From the NCBI RefSeq assembly GCF_037042905.1, contig NC_087245.1:43402001-43466000 (forward strand): a stretch of 64,000 nt of DNA. The letters run 5' to 3'. The notes under the pieces were generated by a model, which had not been told where the DNA came from, made no database searches, and worked only from the letters and a program-made list of their open reading frames with translations. A program made the translations under genes and the position numbers. This document shows, piece by piece, positions 41,240 through 53,376 of this stretch; the stretch's first letter is position 1, and the number at the start of each line of letters is the position of its first letter. The DNA comes from Lytechinus pictus. Lineage: Eukaryota.

Positions 41240-41830
41240 CTTTGCCACTCAGAGTATCAGAGCGAGTTCACCACCTTGATGTTCGGGTAGGTGGAGCGGT
41301 AGTGAAGTGGAGTGTTAGTGTAGCGTTAGTGGAGTGTTAGTGTAGCGTTAGTGAAGTGGAGTGGAGCCTGCAAGTTGAGGTATCGCTTCCCAAGAAGACC
41401 CAGCCAGCGGAGCCACCGTTTACGCAGCTCAGCCGCACCGGGCCGCCGGAGCGGAGGCAGATAGACAGACCATTTTCGACCTCGCGCTCATCACCTCTGG
41501 AGTCGGGCATGGACCATGGTACAAACATACAACGTAAACAGATGAAGAATACCGGCATTTGGAAACAATTTGTGAAACAGACAGTTCTACTTACAGTTGA
41601 GCTTCTGCAAGGGTACTCCACCTTTGCTAGAAATGAGAACAGATCTCAGAACTTTTTCGATGAAGCTTTCCTTTTCACTTTTCTTGTCAGACATATTGAT
41701 GAACGTCAATACACCTGTGCTGCGCTGGCGCTGCGCGCGCAGCACGTCCATCGCAGAGTGGTCCATCCGACCCCATATCCATCACTCGTACACTGTACAG
41801 TATATATATATCGTCAGTCGTTATCGTGAA
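41240..41830 (-). promoter_or_regulatory. CpG-rich probable promoter / first non-coding exon of the TDRD7-like gene
   Basis: Locally GC/CpG-rich non-repeat island upstream of the coding exons. Donor-like AAG|GTGGGA at ~41239 on -, with stops in all three frames just before it. Confidence 0.45.
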
Positions 41831-42867
41831 ACGGAGGCAAACAGTCCAAAAAATAATAGTGGGCCAATGTAATTACCGTACTTAATTCAATTCAATTGTT
41901 TTATTTTCCACTTTCAATTTCATATTCATAATTATTCAAATTCAAATTTTTTTACTTCACTTCCATCAAACAAAAACAAATTGTATACCATATATAAACA
42001 ATATTTGTATCCGTTGCAAAAGAAAAATTAATAATACATATGTTGTGAAAGAAACACTTAGACAATTTGGGCAACACATTGTAGGTTTTAAATATGTCTA
42101 CTATTTTTCAATATAAATTAAATTAAGATGGAAATGAAGGGACCCACTAAAAAGCAATGCTTGTACAATGTGGGCCCCTCAAAAAATAGATAACACAACA
42201 AATAACAAAATAACAAAGTACAAATACAGATATATGTAATCAATATGAGAAAAAAAAATAATGAGAGAGAAATAATACTCACAAAATAAATACGAAGTTA
42301 TCAAAAAATATAGTTAGATATAGGACAAAACAACCCGTCCTAAAATATATCCACCCTTCCCTACCCCACCCCCCCCCCCCAGAAAAAAGAGAAGAAAAAA
42401 AAAGGGAGAATGCCCTGAGAAAATACATGGGTGCTGCTGACCGTAGGAACAACACATGCCATCGTGGACTCAAGCAAACTGGATTCAATGATGTGTATAA
42501 AAGGAGAAAAAATATATAAAATAACCTGGAAAGAATATATGATACAATTGACATATGATTATGATACAATTGACATAGTAACATATAATCACATTCAGGG
42601 GCGGATCCAGCCTTCGTCAATATTGGGGGGGGGGCCGGGGTGGGCCCGGAATTTTTTGTCAACCATATTTTCCCCGATCGGCCGCTCAAAGAAGATTTTT
42701 GGTTTCTTTGAAGGGGTATAGTCCTAATACTAATAGTCAGTGGCGTAGACAGGTACGTACACCTGGGGGGGATGACTGGGCTGCCAACGCTAATGACGGC
42801 GCGAAGCGCCCGAGCGAGGGAGCGAAGCGACCGAGCGGGGGGAGGGTGTGGGAGGGGGGTGTCCCCC

Positions 42868-43316
42868 CTCCCACGGTAGGGAGCTTTTGCAATTTTGAAC
42901 TTGAAATCGTGCAATCTGATGCATACTTAATGAGGTAAAATAACACACACAAGCGCGCACGCACACACACACATACTCACCCCCCCCACACACACACACA
43001 CGGGTGCGCGCACCACACACATACTACGCCTTGAATGGACAGACATACATCGACAAGATCTACACACCGTGGCATACGAATACAGAATGGACTCCCACGG
43101 TAGGGAGCTTTTGCAATTTTGAACTTGAAATCGTGCAATCTGATGCATACTTAATGAGGTAAAATAACACACACAAGCGCGCACGCACACACACACATAC
43201 TCACCCCCCCACACACACACACACGGGTGCGCGCACCACACACATACTACGCCTTGAATGGACAGACATACATCGACAAGATCTACACACCGTGGCATAC
43301 GAATACAGAATGGACT
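42868..43316. repeat. Near-perfect ~224-bp tandem duplication
   Basis: ctcccacggtagggag...cagaatgga occurs twice; the only difference seen is C-run length. Confidence 0.9.
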
Positions 43317-43778
43317 GACACATAGTATTGCATATTGAACCACACTACGTATTTATTTATCTCTGTGAATTTTGCTGTTACACCTCTTCAGAAAAAAAAC
43401 CAATGTCAACTGTGTACACGCAGGTATAGTCTTTGTTGTCTTGATATGGGTATGTGGTTATGAATGAAAACAGCCTCTGTGGCCATTTGTGAATAGAACA
43501 CATAAACAACAAACAAATAACAATATGTCTGTTCATTATAAAGCATAATGAATACGTACATACTATGCTTTTTTTTACCTCAAAGAAACAGGCATAGTAT
43601 CCATAGATGGATATTGGCTGGCGGCTCATTAACATACAGATACAAAAAACATAAACAGTATCACTATGATCCATGGAGTAACAATACTGCTCTGTAAGTT
43701 TGTGAAGAAATCGGAACCATAACGGCATTGCATCGTTTCAAATTAGGGCATTATTTACTTCTATTTGATCTCAGTCTT

Positions 43779-43781
43779 ATA

Positions 43782-43835
<54 letters not shown>
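43779..43835. repeat. (ATA)n microsatellite
   Basis: Direct reading; similar (ATT/ATC)n tracts at ~44900-44980 and ~53825-53900. Confidence 0.95.
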
Positions 43836-43836
<1 letters not shown>

Positions 43837-46800
43837 AAATAAAAAATAATACTAATACAAATAATAATGCTAATATTAATAGGTTCCTTTTATCTCGCAT
43901 TTCAAGACAGGGTAAATTCACACTGCGCTTTACATGAAACAAACTTCTTTAAACATTTCAAACTTATGTCTTCATGCATCAATCAACATACTTTAAATGA
44001 ATACAAAACAAAGTGCATCTTAAATAAAACAAAAATAAATAAATAGTTAACAATACAGAAAAGATGTAGCTGCTGCAAGCTTAACAACAAACTAATGTAT
44101 ACCAGTCAGTCCTGATATCAGTATTAGTGTAACAATATTCATATAGTGGGAGCATGAAGTTGAACAATTCATGATTATACATAATTATATATGTTTGTTT
44201 GAATAATACTTGTTATAAAGATAGTAGTATGGTACTCTCTGTCACGAATTATTATGTATACTGTTGTATCACATTCATTTTCTATTCGGTTTTAGATTGC
44301 GCTGATGCATTTTGCACACAATGTATAATGCCTAAAACACGAGTGGGCCAGACCACACATGTATTTCAATAAAAACCGACTTGAGAAAATAACGTGTATA
44401 TAAATATATAAATAAATAAATAAATAAATGCATATAATGTGTATATATATGTATAAATATCATATACCTGTAATATAATCTGATATAAACTAATAAATAA
44501 ATAAATAAATATAATACATATCATATATGAGAAGGTATTGCTAGTACTCGGTTCGTGCCTGAAAAGTAGTCTCGATGAAAAGAAAAAAGTTGTTGCTTCA
44601 TTCCCATACCAAAAACAGCTTGATTAACAGTTGCTAATCAGATAATAGAGACATGCGGTAAGTTGGTAAACTTACTTAAGGAGCATTCATGGCTCAACAA
44701 ACAAACATATCGGTCTCTTAGTCAGTTTTACTTTTGTAGTCTTGCAAATTTGTGTCTTAGAAACCAAATATCTTGCGCCTCTTTTCGTTCCTGCCCAGTA
44801 AATACTTGTAAGATTTTCTTTTTTTTACCGTCTGAATTGGCTTTCACCGTATGAATGCGGCTAATAAAAATAAACACAATTACAATAATGATGAGGATTG
44901 TTATTATCATCATCATAATTATTATTATTATTAATATTATAATTGTTATCATTATTATTATTACTATTATTATCATCATTATGACTTATTAAGTAACCAA
45001 ATATCATTCCCCAAAACCTGGGGGGGATGATTGTACATGCCATCCCCCCCACCTTGTGAGGTGGGGGGGATGCATCCCCCTCATCCCCCCCGTTGTCTAC
45101 GCCCCTGCTAATAGTCACTTTTTAGCTTTATTCTTATCAATCAACACTAACATATAATATAATCCTTTTTTATATAATGCGAGCGCGAAGCGCGAGCTAA
45201 ATTTTTTGGAAATCTTGTGTTTTTTCCCCTAAAATTTGAACATTCTGGGCAATGTTTGTTATCCTGAAAAAGATGTGTAGGCCCTATGCAACTAAATAAT
45301 TACTAAGAACGCGAAGCGCGAGCAGAAATGAACTGATGGAAAAGGTACCTGTTAAAGATTGCATGCAGTTAGCCATATCTAAAAAATCAAATAATGCAAG
45401 CGCGAAGCGCAAGCTGAAATTTTTGGACATTTTTACCCGAAGAATGGAAATTCTAATCACCTTTTGTAACTTAAACAGAATAGGTATATATAACTAAACA
45501 ATTAATGCGAGCGGAAAATTTCAAGATTTAGACTTACTGAACAAGACAATCTATTCATGTTTTGTAAATCATGAAAAGGATGAGTAATTGGGGATCTTCC
45601 TTACATTAATATTGCGAGCGCAAAGCGCGAGCGGAAAATTTTCAAATGCGTTTTGATCTGATCGAAAAGGTACCTGTTAAGGACTGACACTTAGCCATGG
45701 AGACGTTACATATTTCAGCAATCAAATCATGCGAGCGCGAGCTGAAAAATTTTGAAATTTCTACATAAAGAATGGAAAATTTTAATCAATTTTTATAATC
45801 GTGAACAAGATAGCTATGTAACTAAACAATTGATGCGACCGCGAAGCGCGAGCGGAAAAAAAAATCGAGATTTAGAGCTAAAATCGGGACACTCTATTCA
45901 TGTTTTGTAAATCATGAAAATAATTAATAATAGGGGATCTTTCTACATTAATAATGAGAGCACAAAGCACGAGCAGAAAATTGTTGATATTGTGATCTGA
46001 AACTGGATAATGATAATGTCCTTAGGACATGTCATCATATGAAAATGAAGACTGCTTATTCCTCTTGCTAAGCTCGAGATGAAACAAAAGGGACAATTCA
46101 ATTATTACATTAATATCTTATTCATTAGTGCCTAATGAGGGCGCGAAATCTGATGATACGATGGCCTGAAAACTGGACATTTCAATCACTTTTGTAATTA
46201 TAACTAGGATGCATCAGTTAATATATTATTAACCATTAATGCGAGCGCAAATTGTGAGCCTAATTTTTATACACTATGCATGAAAAGGGGATTTTAAGTA
46301 GTTTGTTGTATAATCGAGACATACATAACTCGCCAATCAAAATGCGAGCGTGCAGCGTTAGCTGATACGTTTTGACAATCAGCAGACCTGAAAAGGGATA
46401 TTTTGAAAACTTTATGGAATACACGAAAATAATAGGTACCTGATAAATCAAAACTTGCGAGCGCGCAGCGCGAGCAGAAATTGATAACATTCAGACCCTA
46501 AAACTGACATTTTTACAGAGCACTTTTTAAAAATCAATTTGTAAATGACACAAAATAATGAAAGTTCGATTTCCGAGATGAAATATGTTTTGTATATTAT
46601 ATATTGATATTTAAACTCCATATTGAACAAGATGTGTAAATCACCTAAAATGCAATGCGAGTGCGAAGCGCGAGCGAAATTTTATTTAGTGACATGAAAG
46701 ATTTTCTTAATCATTTTTCCAAGTCTTTCCCCCATCTTATTTTAATCACTCGTCTTCTTCATCTTTTATTTCCCCCTTCTTTTTTCCTCTCTCTGCCCTT

Positions 46801-47040
46801 CTTTTCATTTTTTTTTCTTTCTCTCCCTTTTTCTTTTTTTGCTCCGCCAATAGGGGGGGGGGGGGCCGGGCCCCTAGGGCCCCCTGGATAATATTATATT
46901 GATAACATTATATAACATTACCATTATTACGAAAGTCTATTGTCCATTTTACAGTTCATGGAGAAGAAGTAGAACATGTCAAAAAATACAAATACTTGGG
47001 TACGACCTCATGTAATTCACTAAACTGGTCAAATAATATC

Positions 47041-47408
47041 ATAGGCGGATCCAGGGGGCGAGGGGCCCGGCCGCTCGCCCCCCCCCCCCTTATTGGCGGA
47101 GCAAAAAAAAGGGGGAAATAAAGAAAAAAAAAGAAAAGAGAGGAGAAAAAAAGACGGAAAGACATAAGAGGAGAAAGACGAGTGAATAAAATAAGATAAG
47201 GGGAAGAATTGGAAAATATTTTTTTTAATCTTTCATGTCGGGATACTAAAATTTTCGCTCGCGCTTGCATTGCCCGTGATTTACATATCTTGCTCAATAT
47301 ATAGCTTAAAATATCATACTCTAAATTCAATATACAAAAAATATTTGAGCTCGGAAATTGAACTTTCATCATTTTGTTTGATTTACAAATTGATTTTTAA
47401 AAAGTGCT
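47041..47408 (-). mobile_element. Truncated copy of the GGCGGATCCAG family
   Basis: ataggcggatccaggggg...tattggcggagcaaaa matches the start of 48139. Confidence 0.7.
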
Positions 47409-47533
47409 CAGTAAAAGTTGCGACTTGAAAAAGCTAATAAATCAACCCAGAAAAATTGTGCAACGCTTGTTAGGGTTAGACTTACCTTCCCTTGATGACC
47501 TGTATAGACCGGGGGCTCAGGGAGTCTATTCAG

Positions 47534-48093
47534 CCCGGGGGGGGGGGCACTTCCATTGACGAGTGGATACCATGCGCGACCATGGGGTCTCGAAAAGCAC
47601 CCTAAACACGAATTTTCCATATTCTGAAAATGCACCCCTTAACAAGTATATGTGTGAAACCCTACCCTTAACAAGTATTGGAAACAAAACAATACTCTTG
47701 GAAAGTATTCCTGAATTGACCCCCTAAACAAGTACAACGATATTTTTATTGTTATGTGCACTGTCGTTGGTTTTACCTGATTGGGTTAAGTACAGCCCCT
47801 GCACCTCCCACATCTCGCGCAAAATCATACTCTAAACACGTAGCGTTGACTCTTGGGGCAAAAAGTACATCCTTTATAAAACATTTTAGTCTTAATTCTT
47901 TAAACCCTCGCAAATTTGACCCTAAACACGTAGCTTTCCTAGCAAAATTAGATACCTTTTTTCATTATTTTAGTGTTTTTGACACCCTTATTACGTTACG
48001 TACGTAACGTGCCCTATCTTGAAAAAGACATCCTTTTTACGTGTTTTTTTGGTCGCGCATGGTATCCACTCGCCAATGTAAGTGCCCCCCGGG
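47534..48093. mobile_element. MITE with CCCGGGG termini and 8-bp TSD
   Basis: CTATTCAG-cccgggg..gcacttccattgacgagtggataccatgcgcgacc ... ggtcgcgcatggtatccactcgccaatgtaagtgccccccggg-CTATTCAG. Confidence 0.85.
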
Positions 48094-48138
48094 CTATTCA
48101 GCTGATCGGGTACATAAGGTCTAAATGGTCCCAACACA

Positions 48139-49885
48139 TAGGCGGATCCAGGGGGGCCGAGGGACCCAGCCCCCTCCCCCTATTGGCGGAGCAAAAAAAA
48201 GGGGGAAAAGGTAAGATAAAAAAGATAAAAAAGGAGGGAAAAGAGAGGAGAAAAAGAAGAGGAGGACGATGCCAGACGAGTAAATAAAATAATAAGAGGG
48301 GAAGACTTGGAAGATAAAAAGAATCTTTCATGTCACTATATAAAATTTTCCCTCGCGCTTCGGGCTCGAATTGCCTGTTAGGTGATTTTCATATCTTGTT
48401 CAATATGGAGTATAAATATCATGTTTGAAGGTCAATATACAAAACATATTTCACCTCGGAAATCGAACTTTCATTATTTTGTGTGATTTTACAAATTTTT
48501 AAAAAGTGCTCTGTAAGTTTTATGGTCTGATTATTAACATTTTCTGCTCGCGCTGCGCGCTCTCAAATTTTGATTTATCAGGCCAGGTACCTATTATTTT
48601 CGTGTATTCCATAAAGTTTTCAAAATATCCCTTTTCAGGTCTGATTGTCAAAACGTATCAGCTAGCGCTGCACGCTCGCATTTTTATTGGCGAGTTATGT
48701 ATGTCTCAATATTGAAAATCCCCTTTTCATGACAGTTTATAAAAACATTTGGCTCGCAATTTGCGCTCGCATTAATGGTCAAAAATATATTTAATGATGC
48801 ATCCTATTTATAATTACAAAAGTGCTTGAAATGTCCAGTTTTCAGGCCATAATATCATTAGATTTCGCGCCTTCATTAGACATAAATGACTAAGATATTA
48901 ATTTAATAATTAAATTGTCCCTTTTGTTTCGTCTCGCGCTTAGCAAGAGGAATAGGAAGATAGTCATCATTTTCATATGTTGACATGTCCTAAGGATGCC
49001 CCGGTCCTATGTCAAAACTCAAAGTAATAATAATGGAACATATCAGCTATTTATTAAGTGTGATCCATATCCATGCACCTCACAATTTTTCTACAAAGTG
49101 CTTGAAATATAGAGCTGAAATTGGCTCTTTTTTCAGATTGGAATATCAAATAGTTTAAGCTCGCGCTTCGCGCTCGCTTTGATTTTCATGATAAAAGATG
49201 TATTTAGAATGCCTAGATTCTAGGTCTTATTATATGAAACACGCGCGCGCATGCTTATTCAAATACTCAACTTGTTCTCTATTTAAATCATTATCCAGTT
49301 TCAGATCACAATATCAAAAATTTTGTGCTCGCGCTTTGTGCTCGCATTATTAATAAATGAATATCCCCTATTGCTCATTCTTTTCATGATTTACAAAACA
49401 TGAATAGTGTCCCGTTTTTAGGTATAAATGTCGATTTTTTTCCGCTCGCGCTTCGCGCTCGAATCAATTGTTTAGTTGTATAGTTACCCTGTTCACGATA
49501 ACAAAACTTGATTAAATTGTCCATTCTTAATGTAGAAATGTCAATTTTTTTCAGCTCGCGCTTTCTTTGCGTTCGCATTATTTGATTGTTGAAATATGTA
49601 ACGTCTTCATGGCTAAGTGCAAGCAGTCCTTAACAGGTACCTTTTCGATCAGTTCAAAACGTATATAAAAATTTTCTACTCGTGATTTGTGCTCGCATTA
49701 TTTATGTAAGGAATATCACCAATTACTCATCCTTTTCATGATTTACAAAACATGAATAGAGTGTCTCGTTCAACAGGTCTAAATCTCGAAATTTTCCGCT
49801 CGCATCAATTGTTTAGTTATATACCTATTTTTCTGAAGTTACAAAAAGTTCTTAGAATTTCCATTCTTTAGGTAAAAATGTAAAA
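48139..49885 (-). mobile_element. Inverted, truncated copy of the GGCGGATCCAG family
   Basis: Reverse complement of ~45430-46890, plus ~300 bp (48990-49290) that is missing from the left copy. Confidence 0.8.
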
Positions 49886-49889
49886 CAAA

Positions 49890-49998
49890 AAATAAGATCA
49901 CCAACAGCATGAATAGGGTGTTATGAAATAAGATCACCAATAGCATGAATATGGTGTTATAAATAAGATCACCAATAGTATGAATTGGGTGTTATGAA
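49890..49998. repeat. Three ~34-bp tandem repeats
   Basis: aaataagatcaccaa(c/t)ag(c/t)atgaat..ggtgttat x3. Confidence 0.8.
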
Positions 49999-50714
49999 AT
50001 TGTGTTAACGAATGCGAATTAAGGATTATCAAGAAAAGAATGAGAAAAACAATTTTCAGGTTATATAAGCACACACGCGACACAAACTGACACAATAGTC
50101 GGAGAAATAAATACAACACACGCCTCTTTATAATGTTAAGTCATATATAAACAATGCTTTGAATTATAGATTTTGTCAATCCTTAGAAATTTGACTCATT
50201 CCCGAACTAAGGACCTTAGTTCGGGAATGAGTCATGTTGACGGATTTTTTTTTTCGTTAACAGACACGTCATAGAACATCAAATTTAATACTATTCCAGA
50301 GTACACACGGCTTGAATTTAATAAATGACAAATTCTCGTATTTTTCATTAAATTAGAATTTATTGTACCGAGAACTGGAAGACAGACACATAAGTTTAAT
50401 TATGACTGTTCCACGTGATTTGAAGATGAGGATGCGGTATTTTTCGTTTCTCGTGTATATCAAGAGGTTATAAGGATTATATTTTTATTGCACTACTTTA
50501 CACACTGCTGATTTAGAATATTCTTTATTTCCATGAACCAGAAAATGTAAATATATATGAGATGTCATATATAGTTTATATCTTGTTATATTATAACCAA
50601 ATCGTCGCAAACTTATCATTTGCTTCCGATTTCAAAGAAAATATTTACTTGTTTATGTTTAAGTTAATTTCCTTCGATTTGAACTCCACATTGTTCTTCA
50701 GAATTTGACTTGCC

Positions 50715-50833
50715 TTTCAATGTGATGAATTGTCAATAAATACAATGAAAGAATTACATTTTACATACACGTCATTTCAATGTGATGAATTGTCAATAAA
50801 TACAATGAAAGAATTACATTTTACATACACGTC
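50715..50833. repeat. Perfect 60-bp tandem duplication
   Basis: tttcaatgtgatgaattgtcaataaatacaatgaaagaattacattttacatacacgtca x2. Confidence 0.9.
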
Positions 50834-51239
50834 AATTCCAAAATGAAGGATTAAATGATCCGATCTGATGGAATGATGACATCTTATGTATAGCATTGTC
50901 GAATTCCGCCTGTAATTCAGTTCATGACAGGAATAATATCGATACCACTGACCCAAATCCCAGCTGTTATGATATTAATCGACCACCTTTATCAGGTCGT
51001 GACACCTACTCTGTAATAAAGTTAGTCTAATTGAATATCTAGTCAATTTCGCTTTGTAATTTTATTCAGAAAGGGTATTCTCTTCCTATTTCGCATCAAG
51101 GATTTCATATGCAGGGTGCCTTTGGAAAGCAGTTTAAAATAAATAAAACCAATAAATGGTTAAATAAATAAATTAATTAATTAAAAGTATCAAAAGGGGT
51201 AAGGATAAAGGTATTCTGACAGAGGGTGCAGGGGATCTA

Positions 51240-51491
51240 CACTGCAAACAAATATTGGGTAAACTTTTTGCCACCACGAGGGTAATTGTGTCCAACCAAT
51301 TTGGGGCAGTATTTTACCCAATGCGGGAAGCATACTGTCCAGTAAGGTTAAAACATTTAACAGCAATTACTTTAGAATGGGCAAAATGTTCATCACACTG
51401 GATGAATAAAAATGCCCCAAAGAAATGCCCAAATGTTGGTGGACACATAATTACCCTCATGGAGCACTTTTACCCAATATTTTTTAGAGTG
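51240..51491. mobile_element. EnSpm/CACTA-like MITE (CACTG/CACTC termini)
   Basis: TA-cactgcaaacaaatattgggtaaa ... tttacccaatattttttagagtg-TA. Second copy at 61899-62156. Confidence 0.7.
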
Positions 51492-52169
51492 TAATGGGGT
51501 AGGCAAGATAACCCACGGGGGAATATTTTTTCAATAAAAAGGGTGATGTATAGTGACATAAAAGAAGAGTTCATTTTTCATACCTTTTCTTTCTTCTTTT
51601 ACATTTGCTCTTCCCATTTTCACCTTTCCCTTCTTTCATATCGTTTTTCATTAATCCAAATATGTAGTGTGGGGACCCTATACAGCGTGTCAGCGTTGTC
51701 CCAAAATATCGATATGATTTAGACTTAACATTTCATATATACTCGCCAATTGGTACGATGTAAGATAAGATTTTCCCATGGCACTGTGGCATGATAAAGA
51801 ATTAATGAATAAAAAAGTGTTTTGGTATCCAGTTAATAATTGTATGCTTGACGTGATGTTGGATGTCACTTCATAGAAACATTTGTTTTTGTTTTTTGAA
51901 ATATATATATTTGTAAATTCACAGGCAATCTTCAAAATTTCATTGCATTTAAATGTTTTGTCAGGAAACAAAAAGAGATTGAATATATGTCAGCCTAAAA
52001 GAGAAATAAATTGCCAATTCATTTGAAGAAATAGCGTTTCACCATAAAAACTTCCTGATCCATTTTTCGTATATTTATCACAATTTCATTATATATACAC
52101 TTACATTTACCTTGTGCATTTGGCATCTTGTTCAACGTCTTCATCTCCCTTACGCAACTTTCGACAGTT

Positions 52170-52939
52170 ATATATACTTAAAAGTATATGAACTTAGTTC
52201 ATGAAACTTGAACATAAGGTTAATCAAGTATTACCAAAGATCCTGCTTGAGTTTCAGGTTACATGGCCAAGGTCAAAGGTCATTTAGGGTCAATGAACTT
52301 AGACCATGTTGGGGAATCAATATCAAAATCTTAACCTAAGGTTTAGTTTTGGAAATATCATAACTTCAAAAGTATAATTGAGCCTAGTTCATAAAACTTG
52401 GCCATATGGGTATTCAGATATTACTGAACATCCTGCTTGAGTTTCAAGTCACATGACCAAGGTCAAAGGTCATTTAGGGTCAATTACTTTTGCCAAGTTG
52501 GGGTATACTATTTGTTGAATTACCATAACTTTGAAAGTTTATGGATCTGATTCATACAACTTGGACATCAGGATTAATCAACTATCACTAAACATTCTGT
52601 GCGAGTTTCATATCACGTGACCAAAGTCAGAGGTCATTTAAGATCAATGAACTTTGGCCATGTTGGAGGTAATTGATATATTGCTGTAATAACTTTCAAA
52701 TTTTAAGGAAATATTTTATGAAATGTGGACATACGGGTAATCAAGTAACACTGACAAGTCTTAGGTCACATGATCAAGGTCAAATGTCATTTAGGGTCAA
52801 TGAACGTAGCTTTGTATCATTATATGAATGGTGGTTTTTTGTGAATAATTATCTTATAGTATTTTTCAAAGTCAGCACTGCTTCTATATATATTGAATCG
52901 CGTAATGCAGGTTAGAATGCCAGAGGCGCTCCACTTGTT
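52170..52939 (+). mobile_element. HINE family A copy, opposite orientation, one end truncated
   Basis: Reverse-complement array (aggtcaaaggtcatttagggtcaatgaac) ending atgcaggttagaatgccagaggcgctccacttgtt. Confidence 0.8.
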
Positions 52940-53376
52940 GTATGTAACTCTGCCGCTTTTTAAGTCATTTGATTTTCTAACTTTTTTATCATTCGCCAAT
53001 AAGACCTATTGTTCGTAAATTTTGTGACTTGATATTGGTTTCCCAATAAAACATATAATTATATATAAAATAATTGTATACGATTTGGTGGCAACGAATT
53101 AAAGATATTTGATATATATTGATATATTTGGTACATAACTTAAGTTTGATAACAAATTAAAGCTATTCTATGGTGATACAGTCCTTTGTTTTCCCTCTAC
53201 TATCCAGTTATGATTCCTTAAACTTGGCGCCATTGCCGGCGATCGGGGGGGGGGGGAGTGCACCCTTTGATTTTCAAATTTTGTACAGAAACCTATTGGA
53301 GAGGGTCATCTCGTACCCCCTGCGTGGACCAGAATTCTCATGAGGTCGCCGCATATGCTTGAATCCATTCCATCAT

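Larger units (their letters stand above)
42738..45107. mobile_element. hAT-like non-autonomous element, 8-bp TSD
   Basis: CTAATAGT-CAGTGGCGTAGAC ... GTCTACGCCCCTG-CTAATAGT. Confidence 0.85.
42596..46890 (+). mobile_element. Large non-autonomous element with GGCGGATCCAG termini and gcgagcgcgaagcgcgagc internal repeats; split by a hAT-like insertion
   Basis: Starts caggggcggatccag and ends ...cccctggat. The sequence across the insertion site matches the uninterrupted fragment at ~57190-57230. Confidence 0.7.

Noticed and set aside
41356..41872. Plus-strand ORFs of 157 and 91 aa as a divergent gene
   Set aside because: Non-ATG starts, no recognisable domain and no downstream exons; explained by a GC-rich promoter/UTR.
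42279..43343. Several ORFs of 76-211 aa
   Set aside because: They span MITE termini and CA repeats with no coherent protein signal.
43728..45118. Poly-Ile/Asn ORFs (also 53709-53994 and the IY repeat at 59710-60000)
   Set aside because: Microsatellite translations.
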